Shown here one piece after another: positions 25,116-35,777 of a stretch of DNA of 64,000 bases. The translations under genes and the position numbers were made by a program. The notes below the pieces were generated by a model. The model saw only the letters and a list, made by a program, of their open reading frames with translations, made no database searches and was not told the origin of the DNA. Each line of letters opens with the position of its first letter. Within the stretch, counting starts at the first letter, position 1. Source of the DNA: Marsupella aquatica (Eukaryota > Plantae > Marchantiophyta); contig OZ316892.1 of the NCBI GenBank assembly GCA_973895155.1, forward strand, positions 5,736,476 through 5,800,475, given 5' to 3'.

Positions 25116-25807
25116 TGTGTTCCTTCTACGCACTAACGTACCACGAGGCACATGAAGTCTTGCACCTCTTTTAATGACGACCGTGCCTCCCTATAAATGC
25201 CTCCCTCAGGCATGCCCATCCGGATTGACCTTGTTGACACAGGAAGACCGAAATGTCCCACGAGCTCATGAGAAGACTTTGCTCTCCAGTCCTATGCCAT
25301 AGCCGCGTAAACGGTTCCCATTTTCTGCGGGTCACCACGTTGCGACGAGTTCAAGCAAACTGCGAAGACCAATTCGTTTGGAAGCTTGCTGGAACCTGGA
25401 CTTCCTTGCTACTACTACGCTCACAAAAGGTCGTCGTGAGAGACCATCACGACTGCAGCGTTGTTGACTGCTGTGGAGTTGAACTTGGTATGAAATCTGT
25501 CTGTAGCTCGAGAAAGAGGCATTGAGAGTGATTTGATTTTGTGACAGCGACCGAGTGGATGTGATTTGCTCCAGTCAGTCTTTCGCTTTGCGATTCCTTA
25601 AGTGGCGAGGGAATTGATTGTTCGAGTTGGGAACGGGTCGATAGCTTTAGTCAGACATCGGAGGGGGCATTAATCAGTTTGTAGTCTCTTCCGTTCAGAT
25701 AGTGAGTCGGAATCAATCAGGCAGAGCAACAGGAGGTCGAAGTTATTGAGCCTCATCTGTGCTTGTAGAACGTTCTCCAGACGGTGGGGGGAATTGGGGC
25801 TTCCAGA

Positions 25808-26584
25808 ATGTCTCTGGAGAAGAAAGTGGTGTTGTTCGGGAGAACCGGCGATGGGAAATCCACTGTTGCCAACGCTCTTGTAACCGGAGGCATTGAAGAG
25901 GTGGTGTTCGCATCGAGCGATGCTGCTAGAGGCTGTACTGCTGAGATTAAGAAAGAGTCTGGAAGGGGCTGGTCGGTTACTGACACGGTGGGGCTCGGAG
26001 AAGCTGACACGGGAACCATCTCGAACTCCCAAGCGAAGGAGATCTTGACAGAGTTTCTGAAGAAGGTCAAGGATGAGTACTCACACATCATTTTTGTGCA
26101 GAAGGCAAATAGAGTTACTTTGATGGATGAGATGAATTGGTTATTGTTCAGTCAAATATTCGAGGGTGCAGAAGAGGCGTTTGTTATTCTCTTCACCTCA
26201 GCGGACCAAAAGTGGCTCGACGAGAACAGAGACAAGCTTCCAAACTACATGAAAGATGTCGAGACCCTGGCGGTTGACATACCTCCAATAAGCCATCGAA
26301 AAGTTACGGAGAGAAGGCAGAAGGAGATCCGGGAGAGATCTATCCGAAAACTTGAAGAAGATCTTGTGACAATCTTCGCGAGGAGGGGGAATATATACTC
26401 TACACCCACAATTGCTAAAATGAATGATGCAGAGCTAGAGGAAAAGTCATCATCTTTGATGCAGTTTATTGTCGACGCTATTAAGAAAATGTTCGATCCG
26501 AATATGTGGCTAACAATTGCGTCAAAACTTTCCTCTTTGGTGTCTGTAGCCGACTTGATCCTTCAAGTTATAAATATATCATGA
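25808..26584 (+). CDS. Intronless AIG1/GIMAP-like P-loop GTPase, paralogue of the C-terminal domain of 20789-22213
   Basis: KVVLFGRTGDGKSTVANAL, RGCT, GRGWSVTDTVGLGE, YSHIIFV, then a C-terminal amphipathic/hydrophobic tail. TATA-like CTATAAAT near 25191. Confidence 0.88.
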   Translation: MSLEKKVVLFGRTGDGKSTVANALVTGGIEEVVFASSDAARGCTAEIKKESGRGWSVTDTVGLGEADTGTISNSQAKEILTEFLKKVKDEYSHIIFVQKANRVTLMDEMNWLLFSQIFEGAEEAFVILFTSADQKWLDENRDKLPNYMKDVETLAVDIPPISHRKVTERRQKEIRERSIRKLEEDLVTIFARRGNIYSTPTIAKMNDAELEEKSSSLMQFIVDAIKKMFDPNMWLTIASKLSSLVSVADLILQVINIS

Positions 26585-28579
26585 TTTAGTTCAGGACTGA
26601 GGTATTTACGAGTGTTATAACCTGAGATTGAGGAACATTTCCGTTTTCAGAGTGGGTGATTGATTGCAACAGCTTAGACTGATCAAGGACCTAAGTTGTG
26701 TAGATACGATGGAGACCGGTTGCTAATTCTATGATCCGAGTTCAGTCTGTTGTTGGCGCCCAGAATTTCTCTGTACAAAATTTCATGAAAATATTCAATA
26801 TAGCTTTGATATCTGAGCCGATCTACAGTGAGAGAGGCTGATTTATCTGTCTGTTGCAGAAGACTTTCTAAGATATCGCTGATTGTCAATCGAGATACGC
26901 GTTGAAAGACTCACGAGTGGTGAAAGACATTTAGATTGCAATTCAGACACGCATTGCAAGAGTGAAAGTTTTACAGTGCATTTTGACTCCGTGCTCTCTT
27001 TATTATATAGGTGATTAGAATGACTTCAGCAGTCAGTCTAAACCGAAAGAAGTGGTCTGGGTGAAGTATGAAATCTACAGTATGTCTGATTTGAATGGCC
27101 AGGATTAATTTCTTTTTGCACGATGTAGGGGAGGATCTAATAGAACACTCTTAGACAGGACTTAAGCGACAGTGCTTGAGAAGATGGACCTGCAAAACAG
27201 ATTATTTTGAATCTTGGAGGCGACAGCGAGAAAACCACGTTGTTAAAAATTGCTTTCAGCAAAGCTTAGCAGCTAAAATAGGTCACTCTTGTAAACCCAA
27301 ATGGAAAACATTGAAAGCATATTCCATTTGGGTAGTGTTCCGGTCCTAGGTCAGAAGTTTAGTACGGTCTGTTTCAATACCTCCAATTTCGGTTCATCTT
27401 AATCGTTCCTGAATTCCGAGAAAGGAAACGAGATGAAAGTTAGCAGGTGGGCTTGATGAAGTTTTCATGTGGACAGGAAGCAAGTTTGTGTCTAACCGTT
27501 TTACCATTCAGACATCAACAACTAGATTGTCTTTCGACATAAGTTGAAGTGTAGCCCACTCGAATGTCTATTCAGAGCGGCTCACTCTAGCTTATATGCT
27601 TCTCTTTTAAGAGTTGTGTTTTCTCATGCCAAGGATTTCTCTCAGCTGTTGCTTCGACAGCCTTGGACCGACCTTCTTCTCTCCTTTAGACGCTTTCGAA
27701 TCATTTCTCATAATGTTTTGGTTCTTTGACGCACCTCAGTCCAGAAATTGGCCACGGATTCACTCTCTTACCTCTGGACAATATACCACCATTGAATCGT
27801 CTGTCCACTTGTTTAACAGTACGTTTGTTCTTTACAAGCATACTTCAAGGAGCAGTCAGATTGTGTCTCTTTTTCACAGTGACAGTATCGCAGTGAATTA
27901 AGAGACTACACTCTACAGCCGGTTTCCTTCTGCTGGTTGGGTTTGCTTGCTGTTTGACAATGAACAATTATTCCGGTCTCCCTCTCTAATTAAACAACGA
28001 ATCAGTAGTTGGAACTCGTGTAGACTTTGAATGACCGACTCGTGGATGAAATTATCCATGAGTACTTGACTGAGTCTGAATTGCGTGATCTGTTTTGAAC
28101 TGATGCAGAAACACACTACTCGTATACGCCACCCCTCACTACCCCAACATCAGTAAATTCCACCCAACAGACAATACACGCACAGTTGGGGCAAAGAATG
28201 TGCATTCCACAGTGAACAAGAGGTCAACATCCTGAGAAATCGTGGTAAGTATTCCTCAAAGTTGGACTACGAGCCTAAGTTAATTTTCACATGAGTAACC
28301 TTACACTTGTTAAACGCAACCAAGAAGTTACTCACATGTCCCCCCTTGGGCAGTCCCTTAGATCAGGAAAAAGGAGTCGGAAAACGAATTCTTATACACC
28401 AACTAATGTCCTTTCAGACCAGGGCTTGATTCGCCATCTACCACATTATTGTTAGATGGCGAAAGTTAAGTTGCAAGCTTTTAATAACCGACAACAGAGT
28501 TCAAGATGGCCCTCTAAATTCTGACAATAAGAATTTTCCTTGATGGAGGAGGAACTAAACAGTGGATCCCCGATCAGTT

Positions 28580-28822
28580 TGTTGAAAGCTAGATTACTGT
28601 GATCTGCTCTACAAATGAGGAAGCAGTAAAGAACTAAATAGGGCCAGAAGAAGGAGGCGAAGGCAAGCCAGCACCGGAAGCAGGCCCGAGGTCTAACAAC
28701 CAGGAGACAGCCGTTAGCACAGCACATGTCGTCAGAGGGACAACGGAACACAGCACCAGGTGAGGTAACAACTCTCTGACTCGTAACCAAGTGGAACCTG
28801 TGAGAGTACACAAGTTCCAACA
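28580..28822 (-). repeat. 3' LTR of Copia A
   Basis: Direct repeat of 34032-34274, adjacent to the PPT. Confidence 0.97.
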
Positions 28823-28883
28823 CCCCCTCTCGAGGAAGAGAGAGGGAAGATGAACCAGAACAGCAGAAGCGCACGCAGAAGCG

Positions 28884-29492
28884 ATGGAGCCGGGACGACG
28901 ACGAGAGCTGAAGCACACGATGGTCAGGGGACTAGCTGTAGTAGTGGAAATGTTGGGATTATGTTTCCAAGTGTGTCATAGTATTTGCATCGGTGTGGCA
29001 CAGTGGTTGCGACAAGAGGAGAAACCAGAGAATAAGGACAACCGGAGCTCCCCGGAGCCGCAAAGAGTGAAGACAGTGAAGAACCACAGTGAAAGTGCCC
29101 CCTTTGAAGCAAGAATCCAGCCGGGAGTGTCGACATATGTCACACCAGGTCAAGCGACGGCGGAGGTGAGGGAAGTGGAGAGCATCACGCAATTGGCGCA
29201 GCATGAAATGCGAATTCCCGGAGAAGTGAATCGGCAGCAGTCATGGCGCAGGAGTAGTGAACATCGATTGCAGATCAGGGGAGCAATAATGTTGAAGAAG
29301 TATTATGCAGTAGCAATAGGACGGGTACCGGGGATATATAGATCGTGGGCAGAGGCGGATAAGCAGGTGACAGGGTACTCAGGGAATTGTCACGAGTCGT
29401 TTAGGACCTTGGCAGAGGCGGAGCAATTTATGTCTGTGTATCATCCAAGGACAGGAGAGGTAGAGGTAGAACAATTGTATGTGGTGAGGTAG
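28884..29492 (+). CDS. Antisense accessory ORF of Copia A: N-terminal hydrophobic helix plus C-terminal RNase H1 hybrid-binding / Cauli_VI (viroplasmin) domain
   Basis: KKYYAVAIGRVPGIYRSWAEADKQVTGYSGNCHESFRTLAEAEQF fits the YAVxxGRxPGxYxxWxExxxQVxGYxGxxxKSFxTxxEAxxF consensus. The ORF fills the pol-to-PPT interval, and a homologue is present in Copia B. Confidence 0.85.
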   Translation: MEPGRRRELKHTMVRGLAVVVEMLGLCFQVCHSICIGVAQWLRQEEKPENKDNRSSPEPQRVKTVKNHSESAPFEARIQPGVSTYVTPGQATAEVREVESITQLAQHEMRIPGEVNRQQSWRRSSEHRLQIRGAIMLKKYYAVAIGRVPGIYRSWAEADKQVTGYSGNCHESFRTLAEAEQFMSVYHPRTGEVEVEQLYVVR

Positions 29493-29518
29493 GAGACGAG
29501 ATAGAGATGGAGAAGAGA

Positions 29519-32516
29519 TTATGTGGCGGCAGATATTTGTGTAACCGAGTTGACTCCAATAAAGGATTTGTGTTTTTCAAACTTGAGTCGCCCGAGAGGT
29601 TTTGTGAATAAATCAGCCGGGTTTTCAGAAGAATGAACATATGCGAGGGATATTTCCCCCTCTAGCACCCGCTCACGAATAAAGTGGTGCTTGCCCTCGA
29701 TGTGCTTGGTGCGAGCATGAAAGACCGGATTTTTAGCAAGCTTAATGGAGCCTTGATTATCGCAGTGCAAATGGAGATCGAGAGAGGAAGGGGAAGAGGC
29801 CAGTGAGAGGTCCGAGTGAATAGAAGCATCAGAAAAGGTAAGAGGCACCTGAAGAGGGGAGGTAATGTGAAGCTCGTTAAGTAAGCGGCGGATGTAGACC
29901 CCTTCCTTTGCGCCTTCAGAAAGAGCTTTATATTCTGCTTCAGTGGTGCTATCGGACACGGTGGGTTGCTGTTTGCTGGACCAAGAAATGGGTCCGGAAG
30001 CAAGCTGAAAGCAGTAGGCGCCGATAGAGCGGCGAGTCTCAGGGCAGCCTAGAAAATCAGCGTCGGTGTAGCCAGCAAGAGAAATTCCAGGTGAGCGTGA
30101 GTAGTAAATGCCATGATCGGTGGTATGGCTGAGGTAGCGTAGAATGTGTTTGACAGAGTCCCAATGTCGTTGTTGAGGCCTGGTCATGTAGCGACTAACG
30201 ATGCCAACAGCATAGGCAATGTCGGGACGGGTGTGAGTGAGGAAAATGAGTTTCCCAACAGCATGGCAGTAGTCGGTGATGTCCACAGGAGGTGTGTTGG
30301 TCTCAGAAGTGAGAACATGCCCTTCTGGTAGGGGAATGAACTCAGGTTTAGAATTGGCTAAACCAAATTCGCAGACCAGCTTCTGGCAATAGGAATGTTG
30401 ATGAAGAAGAAGTCCGTCATCAGTGCGAAGAAATTCGATGCCTAAGTACTTCTGCACTGGTCCGAGATCTTTCATTTTGTATTGTTGGTGGAGTTGGTCT
30501 TTGACGGCGGCAATTTTGTGAGAGTCGTTTCCTGTCACTAGGAGATCATCAACATAAATCATGATAATGACAATAGAGGTACCTTCGCAGAGAAAGTAGA
30601 GATTGTTGTCCGCCATGCTCCGGGTCCAGCCATTGCGCTGAAGGTAAGCGTCGATCTCTTCATACCAGGCCCGTGGAGACTGCTTGAGCCCGTATAGGGA
30701 CCGCTTCAGACGGCAAACCAAGTGTTCAAGTCCAGGGACTTCAAAGCCACGAGGTTGTTGCATGTACAATTCTTCAGAGATGGTGCCGTTGAGAAAAGCT
30801 GTTATAACATCCATGTGATGCAGTTCCCATCCAAGAGCCACGGGCAGAGCGATGATAGTGCGAAGAGTGGACCATTTGACCACAGGGGCAAATGTCTCAT
30901 AATAGTCAATGCCGTATTTTTGCTCAAGACCCCGAGCCACCAGGCGTGCCTTCAAGCGGAATCGGGTAGGATTCGGATCCGGTTTAGACCGGAAGATCCA
31001 TTTAGCAGACAGGGCTCGTTTGCCGACAGGAAGAGGAACAAGCTCCCAGGTACCCATGGCCATGAGAGCCTCAAACTCTTCTTGCATGGCTTCACGCCAC
31101 AGGGGGTGGCGGAGAGCTTCAATCTCAGAGATTTCGTCTGATTCAGGTTCGGCTGATTCAACGAGAAAGGTGTCCATGTGGTCAGGCCTCCAGCTCATGT
31201 CATAGTCTTGATGCCAAGGTGGGGGACGCTTCACACGTTGGGAGTGTCGAGCAACATGAATTGGAGCCGGAATCTGTGGAGATCTAGTTTGAGAAGAGTT
31301 AGCCGTAGGGCAGGCCGAAGTCTCAGTGTCCTCGTCAGGGGGTGTCACATATTCAATATTGCCGTCAGCAGTTGAAGGGTTGTCGACTGCAGTTGCCCCC
31401 TCTTGGGCCGATGGACCAAACTCAGGATCAGTAAGCAACGGAAAGAAGAGACTGGTGACAACTTCTTGATTTGAACAGAAGTCGTAAAAGGAACCTTCAA
31501 TGATGTTGACGTTGGAGGCAATAAGGATACGTTTACGAATGGGGTCAAAGCACCGATATGCTTTGGACTGTGCGTCGTAGCCGAGTAAAACAGTGCGTAT
31601 TGCTTTAGCGCCCAGTTTGGAGCGCAGATGCGGAGGAAGAAGAACGTAGGTAAGACTGCCAAAGATCCGAAGGTGATCCAAGTGTGGTTTCTGACCCCAA
31701 AGAGCTTCGAAGGGGGTCATCAATTTGAGAGCCCGAGTGCCACATCGATTCTGGGTGTAGTTGGCTGTGGCAACTGCTTCTGTCCAAAGATTGATTGGCA
31801 CGTTGGAGCTGAGAAGAAGACTACGGGCACCTTCCAAGAGAGTACGGTTTTTGCGCTCAGCCACACCATTTTGATGAGGAGTGCGAGCAACGGTGAGTTG
31901 ACGACGGATCCCGTGTTGTCGGCAAAAAGTGAGGAATTCAGAGGAAAGGTACTCGCCACCCCGGTCGGAACGTAAGCAAGAGATTTTCATGGACAACTGC
32001 TTTTCAACGAGTAACTTGAATTCCTGAAACTTAGAGAAGGTTTCACTTTTGTGAGAGAGAAAGTATACCCAAGTGAAACGTGAAAAATCGTCAATGAAAG
32101 TGAGGATATATCGGTGTGAAGTGGAGGCAGGAAGGGGACCATAGAGGTCAGAATGAATCAGCTCCAGTGGTCGGGAGGCACGGGTCGCAGATGATTTTGG
32201 AACTCGATCGCGGTGGTGTTTGGCCACAATACAGGTCTCACAAGAGCGTTGAACTCGTGGGATGGAAGGTAGGCCATGAGCCAAGTTATGATGTGACATG
32301 TGATGGAGCATCTGAAAATTGACATGGTGGAGTCGTTTGTGCCAGAGGTCAATGTCGTCCTCCATGGGAGACGATTCAGCAAGAAGCATTGGTGCCGGCT
32401 GAGCGAGAGAGTGTGGTCGAAGACGAGTGGTGGTGCAGAGAGGAGAAATCGAGGGAAAAGATCGTGGAAGCCGATACAGGTGATTCCTGGGATCTCGGGT
32501 GCCCCGTAGGAAGATC
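29519..32516 (-). CDS. Copia A pol: GAG-pre-integrase, integrase, RT, RNase H (continues the gag-PR ORF after a 1-nt frameshift at 32517-32519)
   Basis: LWHKRLHH..C..C, FIDDFSR, SDRGGEY, QNGVAERKN, MDVITAFLNG, YGLKQSPRAW, YVDD, GYTDAD, STTEAEY, HCDN, NPADLFTK. Confidence 0.95.
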
Positions 32517-33851
32517 TTTCTGAGGGTTATCCTTGTCAAAGACAAGACAAGAGTGAGAATTGAAGAAGACATTGTGGCCAGCGTCAGTGAGATTGCCAAT
32601 GGACATGAGATTTCGTGTCATACCCGGGACGTACAAAACATTGCGGACGGTTTTATTGGGAGCAATATGGACTGAACCGCTTCCAACAACAGGGAGTTTA
32701 GTGCCACTGGCGGTGGCAACGGAGCCGGCACCACTGGAGTGATGCATGCCACCAGAGAAAACAGATTTGTCTCCAGAGACGTGAGTACTAGCGCCTGAAT
32801 CTAAAATCCAATCGTTTGTGCTAGTGCTAGGGAGGATCTCAGTGAAATTGGCCTCCAAATCTGCACCGGAGTCGTCGTTCTCATCGGCCGGGTCAGCTTC
32901 TTCTTCTTTATCATACGGAGCTTCGACTTCATGAAATATTTCAGCTACATTGGCCTGAGGACGAAAACGTCGGAGACTGGCAGCTCGAACTTGAAGTTGT
33001 GAGATTTGTTCGTCGACCTTTTTGAGGTCACAGTCGGATTCCCAGTGTCCAGACTTGCCACAATAGTGACAGGAGGTAGGGCGTCGCATGCCACGTCCAC
33101 CGGTTGCACGCGGATAAGAGTTGACCCGTGGAGGATAGCTGACAGCAGGTCTGGGGGTGAAACTGCCTCTTCCACGCCCTGAGGATTGATTGAACCGAGA
33201 CACAAATAGGGCCTCCTCGGTAGGCTCAGAACGTGACTGAATATTGAGCTTCCATAGCTCTTCGGCCTGCATACGCTCCAGCAGGCTGTTGTACGAAGGT
33301 CGTGGTGTACGGGCAAGGTCAGCGGAGAAGATGGAGACAAAGGTTCCCCAACTCGCAGGTAGTCCACGGAGCACAAGGTGAATGAGCTTGTTGTCATCTA
33401 CGGCAGCATCCATGCTGGCCAGTTGGCCAGCGAGGTTGTTGATTGTGTTGATGTATTTCTCAACAGGGGTGCCGTCGGTCATGCGAACAGTTTGTAGCTT
33501 CTCTTCCAGTATCAGTCTGCGTTGATATAGGTCGCCACCGAATCGTTGTTGGAAATGTGCCCAGCATTGAGCTGGGTCATCAGAGTACTTATCTACAGTG
33601 GGCAAGAACTGAGCTTTCACTGTAGCTGCAAGAATAGAGGTGGCCCTCACTTTCTTCTTTGCGATCTCACTTTCAGTCAGGTGTGCCCCACCATCTTGAA
33701 CTTGACCATTGGCATCCGGCTTGACTCCAAAGTTCAGTTCCGTGAACAGATCGTCACGCTTCAGGAGATTCTTCACAAAGATGGTCCATGCTAAATGATT
33801 GCTGGCTCCTTCCAGCTTATCTACCTCAGTAAACATCTTCATCATATCCAT
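32517..33851 (-). CDS. Copia A Gag (UBN2-like), CCHC zinc knuckle and aspartic protease
   Basis: KLEGASNHLAW, VLRGLPASW, CHYCGKSGHWESDC, WILDSGASTH, NVLYVPGMTRNLMSIG. Confidence 0.95.
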
Positions 33852-34031
33852 GGTCGGATGACAGAGAATGTCGCAACAGTATTAACCACGAGGAACTTTC
33901 ACTCAGGACTGTACTGTGACTATTCTAATGCAGGAGTAAGATGCCAGGGAACTTTCGACCTGGGTTACTAGCCTGTAGCTTGCACTAATTTCTCATCTAG
34001 AGAGTGCGTAGAGACTTGTGCTCTGATACCA

Positions 34032-34274
34032 TGTTGAAAGCTAGATTACTGTGATCTGCTCTACAAATGAGGAAGCAGTAAAGAACTAAATAGGGCCAGA
34101 AGAAGGAGGTGAAGGCAAGCCAGCACCGGAAGCAGGCCCGAGGTCTAACAACCAGGAGACAGCCGTTAGCACAGCACATGTCGTCAGAGGGACAACGGAA
34201 CACAGCACCAGGTGAGGTAACAACTCTCTGACTCGTAACCAAGTGGAACCTGTGAGAGTACACAAGTTCCAACA
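34032..34274 (-). repeat. 5' LTR of Copia A
   Basis: Immediately followed on the minus strand by the PBS TGGTATCAGAGC. Confidence 0.97.
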
Positions 34275-35372
34275 AGTTGAGTAGATATGGTCTGGAAAGC
34301 CAGGTAGCTAGTACCCGAACGAAAACCTGTGCAGGTGACTAAATGCAGTACACTACTAGCGAAGATAAAGTATGCCTACCTCTTTACGTCCTCAATGCTA
34401 TCTGTGCTAGCCATGAGCTACAGTATTGTTATAGCCAATGGACATTATATTGTACATCATACGATAGCTCATCACAAAAGCATGAGGTGCTATTGGACGA
34501 GTGATTATCACAAATTGATGCTTAAGGCCTTCAAAGACATGGACTCCGAGAGTTACCCCACGTATCACTCGTTCATATCCATGTCCACCAGTCACTCGCG
34601 ATCAGCCCCAGTAAAGCAGTAGCGGCGGACTTGACGAGCCAGAAGTTCCTTGAATATTTCTGGTCACCAAACCCATCCACCCACCTGCCATAAGTCCCCT
34701 CAAAATCCAAATTGTGCCGGCTCCGACTCGAAATCTCTTGGCCCTCCCTCGTTTTTGTCTGTATGTCGTATTGTGCAATTGCAACAGGGTACAAGTAAAT
34801 TTATGGGGGTCACAGGGAGGGGGAGCAAATCAAACCAGGGTGTGAGGAATTAGGAGACAAGGGACAGATCATCGACCAGGCCAGAATAGGAGAACTGTTT
34901 TATTTGCGCTAGAATGGTCTCTTGCTGCTTTGGTAGTTATCTGGGAATTTGCACTAAGTAAACCCATTCACCCATTTTCTAGACCAATATCCTTGTGGAG
35001 AAACCCTGACCCACGTTCAATTTCTCACATCACCGCGGCTTAAAGTCACTACGGACCACTTATGTCGCCATAGAGAAGATTAACCTAGTGAGTCCTTCCA
35101 GTTTAACTCTCGGTTTCTTTAGTTCCATAGCATTAAGGAGGAAGTGTGTTTGCTTTGCTTGGCCCTTTTGAACATAATTTTCCCCCTCTGTTTGTTAATT
35201 TGCATTGCAATATGGAGGAAGTGGTAACTTTGTCCAGATGTTTATCGCGGGCTCGGACTGCGGACCCCTAGTGTGTTAGACTAGCGTGATAACCATCTAC
35301 ACCAACCAGACTCGACCCTGTAGCTGCCCTTGACTTATTTGTATATTAAAATATGTCCAGACACCCATTTGT

Positions 35373-35717
35373 TGTTGAAAATCTACGTACATACATTGTT
35401 CTCGGGTTCTACCCTCATCACGCCAACTGCACCACTTAATTAGTGAACCGGTGATCAACTGTAAATTGATTAACAGCTGCTGGATATTCTTTACTATTGT
35501 CGCTTGACAGATCAGCTGTCACCCATTTTTAGTTCTCTAGGACAAAGTCCCCCCTTGGATGCTAACCACCCGCTCCTGTGTGACGGACGCATTCTAGCCC
35601 TTCGATGATTCTCATCCTAAGGCCAGGTTAGCAAGCCGCTTAACGGCTGTTTCTCTCTCTGTGTATAATTTCTCTCTTTCACGAGGGCACATCAAGCATT
35701 CTCAGAAAATTTCTACA
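35373..35717 (+). repeat. 5' LTR of Copia B
   Basis: TG..CA ends, followed by the Met PBS. Confidence 0.97.
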
Positions 35718-35777
35718 TGGTATCAGAGCTACCAGATTTCTGAGACTCTTCACTCCACGACATTCCAAGGTCCCACC

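Larger units (their letters stand above)
28580..34274 (-). mobile_element. Full-length Ty1/Copia LTR retrotransposon A (5.7 kb)
   Basis: 243-bp TG..CA LTRs at 28580-28822 and 34032-34274 with one visible substitution. tRNA-iMet PBS TGGTATCAGAGC at 34031-34020. PPT AGAGGGGG at 28830-28823. Flanking AGTT/AGTT duplication. Domain order gag-PR-INT-RT-RH. Confidence 0.98.

Noticed and set aside
28452-28918. Cys-rich ORFs spanning the Copia A LTRs (also 33997-34275)
   Set aside because: Incidental frames through the LTR with non-ATG starts and no domain.
28884-29492. Extra Copia ORF as an env-like gene or a captured host RNase H1 / caulimovirus fragment
   Set aside because: It is antisense and short, and lacks both an RNase H catalytic domain and any other viral gene. 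Its position and architecture are conserved in two diverged families, which argues against a one-off capture.
32376-32599. Programmed gag/pol frameshift in Copia A
   Set aside because: The shift falls after the protease, there is no recognisable slippery heptamer, and Copia B is in frame at the same point.
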